Of a stretch of DNA of 64,000 nt, positions 28,964 through 39,979 are shown one piece after another (position 1 is the first letter of the stretch; the number at the start of each line of letters is the position of its first letter). The translations under genes and the position numbers were made by a program. The stretch comes from Candidatus Poribacteria bacterium. GTDB taxonomy: Bacteria > Poribacteria > WGA-4E > PCPOR2b. The stretch covers positions 1,824,001 to 1,888,000 of the forward strand of contig OZ244042.1 of assembly GCA_965215015.1 (NCBI GenBank), given 5' to 3'. The notes beneath the pieces were generated by a model, which worked only from the letters and a program-made list of their open reading frames with translations, was not told where the DNA came from and searched no databases.

Positions 28964-30628
28964 ATGCACGAAACGCCGCGCTCTGAAAATGTAAAATTGC
29001 GATCAGGCGATAAATGGGCACCGCTGCTCGGTTTTCTTACGCTCATCCTTCTGTTTGCAACACTGTCGAGTGTGCTGCTGCGTCAACGTCTTGCTGTATG
29101 GATCTTCCTCGTGCTTGGAATCGCGTCTTTGGCCGCTTTTGTGATTCTGAAACGCCGAGCAGTATCCCGCCTCTTTGTCAGCCGTCAAGTTCGCTATGGT
29201 ACAAATGTTGGCATCGCCGTTTTGCTCATGACCGGGATTGCGATCATTGTCAACGTTATCGTCGTGCAAAGGTTCGATACATCCGCAGACTGGACAAGCG
29301 ATAAGGTATACAGCCTGTCGGATCAGACGAAGAAAATTCTACACGGACTCGATCAGCAGGTTCAGGTGATTGCCTTCTTCAGTCTCAATCCCACTAATGA
29401 TCAATTGGCGCGCGATCGTCAACGTGCACAGGATTTATTGGAAATGTATCAACGCGAGACTGACAAACTCACAGTCGAATTTGTAGACCCCTATGCGGGG
29501 AAGATGAAGAGTGAGGAATATGAGATTCAATTTGATGGAACAACAGTGTTCGAGAACGGTGGAGTGCGGGAGCGTGTCACAACTGTTGATGAACAGAAGT
29601 TTACCAGCGCGATTTTGAAAGTGGTTCGTGATGAGTTAGTGAAAATCTATTTCTTGACGGGGCACGAGGAACAGGCAATTGATGATTTTGATCAGAACCG
29701 GGGCTACAGCCAAACCAAAGACGAATTAGAAAAGCAGAATTACAGAGTTGAGACATTATCTCTGGCAACGCAGCCGGAAATCCCCGCCGATTGTGCGGCA
29801 CTCATCATCCCCGGCCCCAAAGGACCACTGATGGCACACGAAGTCAACTCCATTTCAAAATACTTGGATAAAAACGGCAAGTTGTTACTGATGCTCGATC
29901 CCTTGGTGAACTCAGCAGAAGAGCCGAATCAGGGACTGGTTGACTTGATGGACAGATGGGGCGTTACGATTGGTAATGATCTCGTTTTGGATCGCATTCG
30001 CCCCGCGTTCTTCCTATTCGGGGGCAGCCAGCCGCAAGCACCAACACTCGATGACTTTGAGTTCCATCAGATTACACAGGATGTGTTGCGGCCGGTGACG
30101 TTTCAGCTCGCCCGGTCCGTCACTCCGAAGACACAGGCAGGAAGCGACCTCAATATCAAATCGCTCGTAAAGACCACCGATGAAATTGGCGGTAGTTGGG
30201 GCGAGACAAAACGGAAAGCTGATGGTACTTTTGAAATAGATCTTTCATATACGGAAGGCGAGGATACACCGCCACCAGTGTCTCTGGCTGTTGCTGTGCA
30301 GCGTGAAAGCAGTGAATCACTGATAGGCGACGACTCCTCCGCTGATATGCCGAAAAAAAACAAAACACGAATTGTCGTGGTAGGGGACTCCGATTTTGCG
30401 AACAACCTCTTCTTTCATGGCACCGGCGGCGGTAATTTCTTCCTAAACGCAGTGAACTGGTTAACGCTTGAAGAGGACCTGATTGCCATCCGTCCGGTGG
30501 ACCCAAGTGAACGAAGCCTTCGCATGATGACGCCGCGCGAAGTCGCATTCGTGCAGATGACAGCAATCTTTCTGATCCCGTTAATCATCTTTCTAATCGG
30601 CGTGGGGGTCTGGTGGCGACGGCGGTAA
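28964..30628 (+). CDS. GldG-like ABC auxiliary component
   Basis: D.T..K.YSLS.QT, IYFLTGHEE, VVVGDSDF, N.VNWL, C-terminal TM WWRRR. Confidence 0.88.
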   Translation: MHETPRSENVKLRSGDKWAPLLGFLTLILLFATLSSVLLRQRLAVWIFLVLGIASLAAFVILKRRAVSRLFVSRQVRYGTNVGIAVLLMTGIAIIVNVIVVQRFDTSADWTSDKVYSLSDQTKKILHGLDQQVQVIAFFSLNPTNDQLARDRQRAQDLLEMYQRETDKLTVEFVDPYAGKMKSEEYEIQFDGTTVFENGGVRERVTTVDEQKFTSAILKVVRDELVKIYFLTGHEEQAIDDFDQNRGYSQTKDELEKQNYRVETLSLATQPEIPADCAALIIPGPKGPLMAHEVNSISKYLDKNGKLLLMLDPLVNSAEEPNQGLVDLMDRWGVTIGNDLVLDRIRPAFFLFGGSQPQAPTLDDFEFHQITQDVLRPVTFQLARSVTPKTQAGSDLNIKSLVKTTDEIGGSWGETKRKADGTFEIDLSYTEGEDTPPPVSLAVAVQRESSESLIGDDSSADMPKKNKTRIVVVGDSDFANNLFFHGTGGGNFFLNAVNWLTLEEDLIAIRPVDPSERSLRMMTPREVAFVQMTAIFLIPLIIFLIGVGVWWRRR

Positions 30629-30647
30629 CTATTCTCATCATGGCACA

Positions 30648-31052
30648 TCACCTCTCTTTTCCCAAGCATTCTTGATAATGCTGTGGATAAATCTGGATGC
30701 CCGCCTTAATCAGGGGAGCGAGTGCCATAAGCTTCGAGAGTGAACCTGTGGGCACAATCTGCCGCTTGGTGATTGCGCCCATGACGTTAATTTCTCCCAA
30801 CCAGAAGTGATGGGCAATATCTCCGGTCATGGCAAGTTCAACGTCCGCCTTTTCGTCACATTCACCATAGTGGATGGCACCCTCACTATTATGCGAGACA
30901 AGCGTAATGGAAGCCTCAGGTTGTGTATAGTTGAACCTCACTGTTAGTTCTAATGATGCCAGCTCGCCTTGCACTTGTGTCTGAGATTTCATCCGCTCAA
31001 ACAGCCCACCGATGCAGGCGTAAAGTTCATCCGCAGTCTCGAAAACCGGCAT
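30648..31052 (-). CDS. SCP-2 sterol-carrier-like protein
   Basis: ADVELAMTGDIAHHFWLGEINVMGAI...G. Confidence 0.75.
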   Translation of the reverse strand: MPVFETADELYACIGGLFERMKSQTQVQGELASLELTVRFNYTQPEASITLVSHNSEGAIHYGECDEKADVELAMTGDIAHHFWLGEINVMGAITKRQIVPTGSLSKLMALAPLIKAGIQIYPQHYQECLGKER

Positions 31053-31132
31053 AACTAAAAATCCTTCCCTGACGCGCAAAAAATAATTCAAAAATGTGCA
31101 CTTAGCCTAATAGCCTTTGGTGCTAGTTAGTT

Positions 31133-31365
31133 GAGGGGTACTCATAAGTATTGTCTGAATCGCGGATTCAGCAGATTGCGCGGATACAGATATTGATCGC
31201 AGGCAGTAGATGGGGCAAGATGCCCCACCTATGGAGTTGGGGATATTTTGTCCCCATTATGGGTGCGAGTTTAATAGAAGTTCGGTGTTAGCCAAGCCAT
31301 ATACCATAACAGTTGTGGGGGTTACGGCACGAAGAATCGTTCCTACTCCTTTATGAGTACCCCTC
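31133..31365. mobile_element. MITE (233 bp) with perfect 15-bp TIRs and 4-bp TSD
   Basis: gaggggtactcataa ... ttatgagtacccctc, flanked by AGTT at 31129-31132 and 31366-31369. Confidence 0.85.
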
Positions 31366-31454
31366 AGTTGGTTTGGATTGCCCCCTTTTCAAATCGCCAA
31401 TTGGCTAATCTTTTGAGTTATCCGCCCTCCACTCCACGCTTTACGCTTCACGCG

Positions 31455-32714
31455 CTAGCTCCAAAGCCTATCGTGCGATTGTTCTTTATCCCACTCTGTT
31501 GTCGGTGCGAAATACTCCGGATCATCGGGGTGCATATGCTCTTTGATGGCATCCGGATTGAGCTCGATGCCCAGGCCCGGTGCCTCTGGCACTTCCGTAT
31601 ACCCATCTTGGATAATTGGATTGGGAAGCCCGGTTACCAACTCATTCCACCACGGATTATCAACAGAATGGTTTTCCAAAACAAGGAAGTTCTCCGTCGC
31701 TGCGGCGCAATGAATGCTTGCCATCGCACATACCGGCGTGCCCGCCATGTGTAGTGCCATGGCAATGCCATGTTCTTGAGCGAAATCACCAATCTTCTTG
31801 GTCTCTAAAATCCCGCCCGATGTCGCGATATCCGGATGACAGATAGAAATGGCTTTCGCTTCAAATAGTTTTATAAACTCTTCTTTGCAGTAGATATCTT
31901 CACCCGTGCAGATTGGTGTCGCACACGCGTTGGACAGTCGGACGTACTGATCGGTAAATTGCCACGGGACCATATCTTCCAGCCACGCCAGGTTGTACTT
32001 CTCCAAAGCCCTGCCGAGACGGATACAGTCCTCAATTCCAATATGGCCAAAGTGGTCGGTCGCAAGCGGGATGTCGTAGCCGATAATTTCCCGCACAGTC
32101 CCGACATACTCACATAAAAGCGCAATCCCTTTGTCTGTCAGACGGATGCCGGTGAAGGGATGCATCAGGTTGTTCGTATCGAGATGGCCTGACGGTGCAC
32201 AGAGAGTTCCCGGAATATCTCTAATGAGTCCAATACCAACGTCCATCTTCAAGAAGGTAAACCCGTTATCCATCCGTTCTTTGAGTTTCTGCCCCATCTT
32301 TTCGGGGTCTTTAAGCGACGGTGTGTCGGCGTAGCAACGGATCTTGTCGCGGAATTTACCCCCCGCGAGTTGGTAACAGGGGACACCGTAAGCTTTACCG
32401 GCGAGATCCATCAATGCCATCTCAATGCCGCATACTCCGCCTCCTTGGCGGGCATGGCCCCCAAACTGCTTAATCTGGCGAAAGATTTTATCCACGTTAC
32501 AAGGGTTTTCTCCCAATATCCGACTTTTGAGTAGCAGTGCGTATGTTTTGCTCGCTCCGTCGCGGACTTCGCCGAGTCCATAGAGCCCCTGATTCGTGTC
32601 CAGTTTGAGGATGGGCCCCCCGGTTCTCGTACTAGCGAGGCGCATGTCGGTAATTTTCAGTTGAGATGGACGAGAATTTGTGTTCACATTTGACGAAATG
32701 TCTGTAGATGCCAT
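31455..32714 (-). CDS. Mandelate racemase/muconate lactonizing enzyme family protein
   Basis: GIEMALMDLAGK, FLKMD, WLED, CTGED, APGLGIEL. Confidence 0.9.
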   Translation of the reverse strand: MASTDISSNVNTNSRPSQLKITDMRLASTRTGGPILKLDTNQGLYGLGEVRDGASKTYALLLKSRILGENPCNVDKIFRQIKQFGGHARQGGGVCGIEMALMDLAGKAYGVPCYQLAGGKFRDKIRCYADTPSLKDPEKMGQKLKERMDNGFTFLKMDVGIGLIRDIPGTLCAPSGHLDTNNLMHPFTGIRLTDKGIALLCEYVGTVREIIGYDIPLATDHFGHIGIEDCIRLGRALEKYNLAWLEDMVPWQFTDQYVRLSNACATPICTGEDIYCKEEFIKLFEAKAISICHPDIATSGGILETKKIGDFAQEHGIAMALHMAGTPVCAMASIHCAAATENFLVLENHSVDNPWWNELVTGLPNPIIQDGYTEVPEAPGLGIELNPDAIKEHMHPDDPEYFAPTTEWDKEQSHDRLWS

Positions 32715-33389
32715 TAAATCTCCCTAAAATAGATATGGTAAATAATAAGAGGATAAGTCGTTACTAGCTTCTAATAAAACGCAAAGATGTAGGGGGACTA
32801 AGCCGCAAAAAAAGAACTTATGCCTCCCCCTGCTTGCGGGGGGACTGAGGGGGTAAGGGAGGACAGGGTTGGGGTTCTTACTGATTCCTTTAGACCTAGA
32901 ATTGCTCTATCTTGTCTGTTAGCCGCTGTTAGATTTCACCTAACAGGCAGCCTAACAATCTTGCTTATATCCCAAGTATAAATGCTTGGGCCACGGGCTA
33001 AACTCCTATCGGTAAAGAAACCCTACCTCTGCTCACTCCAAAGTATCTGAGAGGTGCTCATCATTATTGTCTGAACCAGGATTCTCAGGATTAGATGATT
33101 CATATTCACATCTAAACGCCGAGATAGGTCTGAGGAAGGGGCCTCCTTCTCACCAATTTGGCAAACTGTTACCATCGGGCAATCCGACGTCAACAGAACT
33201 CGATATTCATATCTCGACACAATACCCGGTGCGTTGTCCCCCCCTTAGTCCCTCCCGCAAGCAGGGAGAGACAGGTTCATTGAGCCTGTTTCCCCTCCGC
33301 TTACGGGTTGCGTCCCTACTTGCGCCCCCTTCCCTCCACTTGCAGGTTACGTCCCCCCTTCCCCCCGCTTGCGGGGGGACCGAGGGGGG

Positions 33390-34118
33390 TCAGACTGCCA
33401 GAATATTGAGCGCAGCATCCAGTGCTGCCAAATGAGCCGCTGTCCGTTGATCCAGGGGCCAACTTGTTGGCGTCTCACAAATCATGACATGCTCTGCGTG
33501 AGAGTCGAAGAGATAAGGGGCCAACCCTGCATCCCCCCAAGCGGGATCTACCCGAAAAACACCGTCAGCGATTGGCAGGTCACTTTCCCCTACCTCTCCA
33601 TCAATCCGACCAATCTTTTCGATTTGACGAGTTATTTCGGGACCAATCCATCGCTCATTGCATTGGGCTTCGTAGAGGTATACACCCGCCGCTTCCCAAT
33701 CTTCATGGAAGTCGATGCAAAAATCAAAACGCCTTTCTTTGATCGCTTCCTTTACAATGTCTATCTCAACGATGCCGGTCTCTCCAAATAGGCGATTCAG
33801 GTCTAAGCCTTGCTTGTTGTCCCTCGTGTTGTGGACGTAACCGTAAGGATTGATACACGGTAGAATCAGGAACTTGAAACGCTGCAACAGACGGGTGTTA
33901 TCACGCTCCAAGAAACGCAACACCGACGCCGGCCCGGCAGGCTCGTCCCCGTGAATTCCTCCAGTGATCAGGATGGTTTTGTGCACACCCTGACCCGCCT
34001 CCAGTAAGACGCGATGGATGGGATAGTCGTCCGCAACGCCTACGGTTTCGATTTGCATATAGGACGAGTTTAGGGATGCCAACCGTTCGGTGAAACAGGT
34101 ATAATCTCGGCGGACCAC
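33390..34118 (-). CDS. M14-family metallocarboxypeptidase/succinylglutamate desuccinylase-like protein
   Basis: GIHGDEPAG, NPYG, DLNR, IDFHED, ETP; start set at the GTG at 34118 after gggagg. Confidence 0.85.
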   Translation of the reverse strand: MVRRDYTCFTERLASLNSSYMQIETVGVADDYPIHRVLLEAGQGVHKTILITGGIHGDEPAGPASVLRFLERDNTRLLQRFKFLILPCINPYGYVHNTRDNKQGLDLNRLFGETGIVEIDIVKEAIKERRFDFCIDFHEDWEAAGVYLYEAQCNERWIGPEITRQIEKIGRIDGEVGESDLPIADGVFRVDPAWGDAGLAPYLFDSHAEHVMICETPTSWPLDQRTAAHLAALDAALNILAV

Positions 34119-34134
34119 CTTCTGTGTCCCTCCC

Positions 34135-34944
34135 TTAAAGCTTTTGGGTTTTAACCCATTCTGCAAAGTCCGCGTTAATCTCGTCCGACCATGCCCCATC
34201 AATTTCACCGGGGGTATACTTCCCCTCCTGCAAGCGTTGATGCCCAAAGCGGTCACGCAGGCGGATATCCTCGGAGCGTTCAACGACCTCCTGCGCTAGA
34301 TGCGGTGGAACGAAAATGACACCCTCGCGTCTCCCGAGCACAATATCCCCCGGCAGGACGGTTGTTTCACCGATGCGGACCGGAATATTGATTCCCGTCA
34401 AGGTTACATCGGCGATGGCGGTGGGGTCAACCCCGCGCACAAAGGTTGCAAAGTCCGGGAGTCTATAAATGCCGTCGAGGTCACGGATGCCTCCGTCAAT
34501 TACCATACCAGTTCTGCTGCGTGCAAAAATCGCATTGCCGAGGTTGTCGCCCGCGAAAGTGCCGTTCTTCACCTTGCCAAATAAGTCAACAACGATGGCA
34601 TCATTTTCGAGGAGCGTATCAATCACCCACGAGTTTTGCCCACCGATACGTTTATCTTTCTCTCCCTGTTCCGCGACGACGCTTTGAAAGTCTGGACGCA
34701 GCGGAACAAACATGCACGTCACCGCCCTTCCAACCAAAACGCGGTCTGGATGCAGGTTCATCCAATCCCCGTCAAACTGAAAACGGTACCCCTGTCCTTG
34801 AAGTACGCCCCACGCCTCCTCGATTGTTACCTTTTTCATCCGTTCAACGATGTCGTCCGGCACGCGAGGCCTCCCGTCAGGGAAACGCTCGCCTTCCCAT
34901 TCTCTCGTAATTTCGAGTATACTTTCTTTGTTAATAAGTTGCAC
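34135..34944 (-). CDS. RraA/HMG-aldolase family protein
   Basis: LVGRAVT, GTFAGD, VIDGGIRD, VLPGDIV. Confidence 0.85.
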   Translation of the reverse strand: MQLINKESILEITREWEGERFPDGRPRVPDDIVERMKKVTIEEAWGVLQGQGYRFQFDGDWMNLHPDRVLVGRAVTCMFVPLRPDFQSVVAEQGEKDKRIGGQNSWVIDTLLENDAIVVDLFGKVKNGTFAGDNLGNAIFARSRTGMVIDGGIRDLDGIYRLPDFATFVRGVDPTAIADVTLTGINIPVRIGETTVLPGDIVLGRREGVIFVPPHLAQEVVERSEDIRLRDRFGHQRLQEGKYTPGEIDGAWSDEINADFAEWVKTQKL

Positions 34945-35171
34945 AGTTATTAATTCCTTCCATGTTGAATGAATCCATCTACCTACCCCTTGGGCTTGTG
35001 GGTTAGACTTTCCAACCCGACTTACACGGATTGACAACGACGGACTAGGAAGCCCACCCTACTAGAATTAGGTAGCAACTTGTGTTATTTTATAGGAGTT
35101 ACGCCCTTGAGTTTGTCGTAACGCCATTCAACCCGCGTCACAACGGGTAATTAATCACCCTACTACGTACC

Positions 35172-35362
35172 TGAGGGGTGTTCATAATAATTATCTGAAT
35201 CGCAGATGCAGCAGATTGCACGGATACAGATAGGGTTCTCAGGCGAGAGATGAGGTGAGATGTCTCGCCGCCGGTGTTTGGAATTTAATGGCAGTTGGGT
35301 GTTAGCCCAGCGATATGTGATAACGTTGTGTGGTTTACGGCACGCGAATCGTGCTGACTCCT
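35172..35362. mobile_element. Degenerate second copy of the 31.1-kb MITE (right TIR lost)
   Basis: gaggggtgttcataa...tctgaatcgcagatgcagcagattgcacggatacaga...gttagcc...tacggcacg aligns with 31133-31350. Confidence 0.65.
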
Positions 35363-35525
35363 TTTTTCAGTTTGTAGTAGCGCAATTCATTGCGCGTCTT
35401 TTAAGGGAGTAGGCATACACCGTATACCCTCCTTCCCTCCGCTTGCGGGGGGCTAGGGGGGTCTTAAGTACCTCACTTTTTGTACAGCACCGATGTACGA
35501 CGGATCTGATGAACCTGTTTCCTGC

Positions 35526-36383
35526 CTACGCCAGACCCGCTTGTGCCCATACCTTATCCAGCGATTCAGCAGCAGCTTTTGCGGCATCTTGCGGCCCCAT
35601 TGCGTTGATCCGCGCGCTGAACGGTTCAACCGTTACGGGCCCATCGTAGCCAATATCGTTAAGAATTTGCATCAATTCGGCGAGTGGGATTACCCCCGTC
35701 TCCGCGGGGAGGCAGCGCACATTGTCAATCTGGTCGTCCGGATCGATTCCCGCAGGGGCATCGTTGATGTGGACGTACACCACGTCTGCTTTGGCAAGTT
35801 TTCTGACATCGTCGAGTGTGGAACGGCAAGTATACCAATGCCACATATCGAACAGTAGTCCGACGTTGCCCGTGCCGATTGCAGCGGCAAGTCCGAGCAC
35901 GGCATCCATCGTATAGGTGAACAGATGTTGGGCTGGTTTACGGCTCGTTGCCGGGCCGATAAACTCAAAACCGAGCGAGTGCCCATAATCCTTCAAGATC
36001 TCTGCAACGGGACGCAGCCGTTTAATGTGAAAATCCCAGTTTTCTTGGAATGAACGGTCATTTGAACTCGGTGATACAACGGTTGTCGTGCGATGGCAGC
36101 CGAGATCTGCAGCAAGTTTTGCTAGGTCGGGCAGCCGCGATAGGCTTTCGTCGTATTCTGCGTCGCTCCCACGATAGTTGACCGGCATCCCCCAACCGCC
36201 CATCTTCAAGCTTGCCTCCGCCCAGAGGTTCTTGACATAATCAACGGAGTGTTCATTTGCCAGCGTATTTGCTTCGCTGATGTTAAGGTCAAGCCCTTCA
36301 AAACCCGATGATTTTGCCAATGCTAACCCTTCTTCAATATTCGCCTGAATGCCAATAGCACCCGGGCTCAGATTTTTGAACAT
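35526..36383 (-). CDS. Sugar phosphate isomerase/epimerase (xylose isomerase-like TIM barrel)
   Basis: GFEF, LLFDMWHW, VHINDA, GYDGPVTVEPF. Confidence 0.88.
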   Translation of the reverse strand: MFKNLSPGAIGIQANIEEGLALAKSSGFEGLDLNISEANTLANEHSVDYVKNLWAEASLKMGGWGMPVNYRGSDAEYDESLSRLPDLAKLAADLGCHRTTTVVSPSSNDRSFQENWDFHIKRLRPVAEILKDYGHSLGFEFIGPATSRKPAQHLFTYTMDAVLGLAAAIGTGNVGLLFDMWHWYTCRSTLDDVRKLAKADVVYVHINDAPAGIDPDDQIDNVRCLPAETGVIPLAELMQILNDIGYDGPVTVEPFSARINAMGPQDAAKAAAESLDKVWAQAGLA

Positions 36384-36423
36384 ATTATGCCTCCGTATAC
36401 AGTTTGGTGTACCACCCACTTCT

Positions 36424-36753
36424 CTAAAAAACAGTCATTTCGACATCTGTAATCAAAATCTCTTTTTGGCGGGACAATCCTTTTAACTCCTCCTTCAATT
36501 CCCTGAAGAATTGTGAGTTGCGTGCAGCTACATCAAAGTCAATAACCGTATAAATAATCACATGGTCGTGATAAATTTCACCATGCTCTCGTCAAGAACC
36601 CCGCAACGGGAAGCCGCGCAGGGTGTGCGTTACGCCGCCAAATCTATCAAACAGCCGCTGATGAACATGGTCGTATTTTTCTTTTTCAATCCACGCTCCA
36701 TCGTTATATTGTAGAGGCTAGTAAATCTCGTACTAAATTGCGGCCTGACTCAT
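36424..36753 (-). pseudogene. Nonsense-interrupted gene (YEIY*PLQYNDG...FDRFGGVT...G.*...IY.D type)
   Basis: Manual translation gives a continuous 109-codon protein-like frame with 3 internal stops (TAG, TAG, TGA). Confidence 0.7.
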
Positions 36754-36928
36754 CAAGCACCTCAAAAGGTAGCTGTTTGTCCTGCAATAATTCGATTTGA
36801 TGCCTCGAAACGATATAAACGTGAGCTTTAGAAATCCGCGTTGTTCCGCCTTCCTGAATCAATAATCGCCACGCTCTTCCCCAATCTGATTCGGGAAGTT
36901 TTATCACTGCCATTTTGTTGATCTCCAT
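36704..36928 (-). CDS. Small hypothetical protein upstream of the pseudogene
   Basis: 74-aa ORF whose end overlaps the pseudogene start. Confidence 0.55.
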   Translation of the reverse strand: MEINKMAVIKLPESDWGRAWRLLIQEGGTTRISKAHVYIVSRHQIELLQDKQLPFEVLDESGRNLVRDLLASTI

Positions 36929-37019
36929 TCCGTCCTAGCTAAACGAGTCCAAGTTTCGTTGCCCCAATGCCTGGATCGAGATTTACACACTTTCCCCAAG
37001 GAGCGCATATTTACCGTTC

Positions 37020-38153
37020 CTATTTATCCACGCGATACTTCTCCAACGCATCTAGATCCAATTCACAACCTAAGCCGGGCGATTGTGGCACAGGTGTGTA
37101 ACCCTTCTCGAAAGTGAACCCTTCCGTAATCAGATCATCAACACGGGTCCAACTACCAACGAAATCGCTGGCGAGAACGCAATTTGGCGCGATGGCGGCA
37201 GCGTGAAGATAAGACCGCTCCATAATCCCGAGATCGTTCCCAGATCCGTGCCAGACGGGGATGCCCGCTGCCTGTGCAATCGCAGCAGCCTTGGCAAAGT
37301 TGACCATCGAACCGCCGAGGTTGAGATAATCTACCGCGTCAGCGCGAATCGCTTTAATCACATCCGATGCGCCGCCCAAGTGAAGTGCCAACGGAAATGG
37401 CAACTCTCCACGCATGTATCGATATTGGGCTAGCACATCGTCCCGTAAGCCCTTCTTCGGGATGGGGTCTTCAAACACTTCAACGTTCTCAAGTTCCTTT
37501 ATCTGATCGGCAAGCTCAAGGGTTTGTTCAACCGTATAAAAACGCTCATTCGGATCAACCGTCATTTTGAAGTCCGACCCGCCAACTTCCCAGACCGCTC
37601 GTATCCGTTCCGCCATTGGCTCTTGAATCCGGCATTTCGTTTTCAGTCCAGTAAATCCTCTCTCAATGGCTATCTTTGTACTGCGCCCCGTATGCTCCGG
37701 TGTCTGATGCCCAATCCAAAAATCCGCACGCACTTTGTCCCGACAGGCACCGCCCAACAATGTATGAGCAGGTACATCTAACCGTTTGCCGACGAGGTCG
37801 AATACCGCCATTTCAAACGCCTCGTATCCGGTGGGATAGGGCCCCACGTCAATTTCCCAATCTTCTGGTGATTCGGGATTCGGCTTGAGCGGCTCCGTAC
37901 GAAAAACGTTCTGCAAACACATCTTCATCACGTCCCTGCCCTTCAACTGTTCCGCCGCTTGAGCCACCGCTTGTGTGGATTGGCCCCTCCCTGTTTCACC
38001 AATTCCGGTGATACCTTCATCGGTATGCATCCGAATAATCTGCTTAGGCACTCTTGCCCAATCGGGATAACCACCGTATTCCTCGCTATGTACTGCTTCG
38101 GGGAATACCGGAACGACAACCGTCCAAACATCGATCTGTGTGATTTTCATCAT
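37020..38153 (-). CDS. Mandelate racemase/muconate cycloisomerase family protein
   Basis: FEMAVFDLVGK, LKTK, VDPN, FEDP, SPGLGCEL. Confidence 0.88.
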   Translation of the reverse strand: MMKITQIDVWTVVVPVFPEAVHSEEYGGYPDWARVPKQIIRMHTDEGITGIGETGRGQSTQAVAQAAEQLKGRDVMKMCLQNVFRTEPLKPNPESPEDWEIDVGPYPTGYEAFEMAVFDLVGKRLDVPAHTLLGGACRDKVRADFWIGHQTPEHTGRSTKIAIERGFTGLKTKCRIQEPMAERIRAVWEVGGSDFKMTVDPNERFYTVEQTLELADQIKELENVEVFEDPIPKKGLRDDVLAQYRYMRGELPFPLALHLGGASDVIKAIRADAVDYLNLGGSMVNFAKAAAIAQAAGIPVWHGSGNDLGIMERSYLHAAAIAPNCVLASDFVGSWTRVDDLITEGFTFEKGYTPVPQSPGLGCELDLDALEKYRVDK

Positions 38154-38667
38154 AGTTCCCTTTCTATTGTGCTATCACTGAGTCCAAAGAATATCCCCAA
38201 CTTCTCTCTTCCTTGTACTGCTGAAGAGCTGAGTGACCAGCGATGGTGCGTTACTCTCTGGTTCATGTTAAGAAACCGTGCAGCAGAAACCGTAGGGATA
38301 CCCCTTGTGGTTACCCTGACAAAAACTCGGTTTCTCTTAGCATTTTGCACATGCTTTGTGTATGAGTCCCGGAGTCGGACTTCTTATTCCAGCTGCACCA
38401 ATGAACTAAAACGAGAGAACCGTCTTCCCGTTTTCCCCTTCTTCAGAGAAGGGGGCGTTTCTGCGTCTCTCTCGATAAAACCGTGAATCTACGATACGGT
38501 AAGCATTCCCTTAGGAGGGCAACCGAAACGGAACTTGCGCCCCCCTCCCCCTGCTTGCGGGGGGACCGAGGGGGGTGGAAAAATCCTTATCTACTCATTG
38601 CGAAAAATAATTGTTTTCACGCCTCACGCTCTTTACGTTATTTTCTCCTCACGTGAGTTTCCCATGT

Positions 38668-39723
38668 CTACCAATTCTGCCGCCCGACATAAAGGCCCCG
38701 ATCCTCCAACGGCAGCGAGACCTTCGCGCCGCCATGGCGTTGTGATTCGATAAAGCCGAGAATCATCTCCTGACTGCGGCAGGCGATTTGAATATTGCCT
38801 GCCGTTTCGCGGCCTTCCTCAATCGCGGCAACAATGTCGTTGATCGCTCCGACAGTTCCACTTGTGCGCGGGGGCTCAGGAAAGGGCACCTCTTCGAGGA
38901 TGTTCCACTGATCCTGTATTTTGCGCCATTGACACGCCACACTGTCATTGAAGGTGCGGAGCTTGCCCTTTGAACCGCTGACCTCAAACTCAAAGCCGCT
39001 ACTCGCCAGCAGATAACCGCGGACATCGTTCTTAAAGGTCACATATCCCATGGGAATCCCCGGATCGGCGTCCACACGATTCCCGACAAAGGCCGCTAAA
39101 TCAAGGTTCACGTCGCCCTGCACATACTCGATTTCAGAGTCGCTTGCCAAGTAGAGCAGCATGTCAGAGGTATGGGTGTGTCCCCACTGCGCTGCGCCGA
39201 CGCCGACATGCCCAATCACAGCTTGAATCTCACCTAACTCCCCCTGATCTATCAGTTCCCGCATTTTCTGAAAGAGCGGCATATAGCGACGTTGCGTACC
39301 GTAATTGAATTTGACACCGTGCTTTTCACACGCTGCCAGCATTGCGTCTGCCTCTTCCATTGAGCAGCAGAGCGGCTTCTCGCAGTAGATGCCCTTGACC
39401 CCATTTTCCGCCGCAAAAATCGTGATTTCAGCGTGCGTCGCCGGACGGGTGGCGATACTCACAATATCCGGATTTTCGTTCCGAATCATCTCGCGATAGT
39501 CGGTGTAGCCTTCAGGGACATTGTACCGCTCTTGAATTGCTTTCACCTTTTCCGGGAGGACATCCGAGACAGCAATCAAATCTGTGTGTTCTGAAGCTGT
39601 ATGCCCAGCGGCGTGCGAGTAGGGAATCCATCGAAAACTTTGGGGATGATCTCGCACTTCGTCATCGATCGTCGCCCCCATCCGACCGCAGCCGATGAGG
39701 CAGGCACTGTATCGTTTCGCCAT
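38668..39723 (-). CDS. Gfo/Idh/MocA family oxidoreductase
   Basis: IGCGRMG, DIVSIAT, CEKP. Confidence 0.9.
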   Translation of the reverse strand: MAKRYSACLIGCGRMGATIDDEVRDHPQSFRWIPYSHAAGHTASEHTDLIAVSDVLPEKVKAIQERYNVPEGYTDYREMIRNENPDIVSIATRPATHAEITIFAAENGVKGIYCEKPLCCSMEEADAMLAACEKHGVKFNYGTQRRYMPLFQKMRELIDQGELGEIQAVIGHVGVGAAQWGHTHTSDMLLYLASDSEIEYVQGDVNLDLAAFVGNRVDADPGIPMGYVTFKNDVRGYLLASSGFEFEVSGSKGKLRTFNDSVACQWRKIQDQWNILEEVPFPEPPRTSGTVGAINDIVAAIEEGRETAGNIQIACRSQEMILGFIESQRHGGAKVSLPLEDRGLYVGRQNW

Positions 39724-39795
39724 GTTTGGGCTCCTTGATCAATCCTAAATATTTCTATGGAACAGTCGAGCGCATTTCCATTTGATTAGCACCCT

Positions 39796-39873
39796 ATTCT
39801 ATTACGCACATAGTATTGATGTCAAGTAGAAATCTGCAAATGCACTTGATGTTTTGGCGCGTTCTGATATAAT
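39796..39873. promoter_or_regulatory. Divergent sigma70 promoters
   Basis: Minus strand: TTGACA(39825-20)-18-TAGAAT. Plus strand: TTGATG(39846)-16-TATAAT with extended TG. Confidence 0.55.
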
Positions 39874-39979
39874 GTATATCAAGTTGGCTCATGTTAAGAA
39901 ATGGTGAAACAGCAATCGATTGAGTATATTGGTACATTAGTTTTCATGTTTTTATCGTTTTATCAGAATCTTCCGATCT

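Noticed and set aside
33023-33435. Short ORFs containing PPACGGTEGG-type peptides (also near 16.2-16.6, 20.2, 35.4, 38.5 and 60.6 kb)
   Set aside because: Translations of intergenic REP palindromes, not genes
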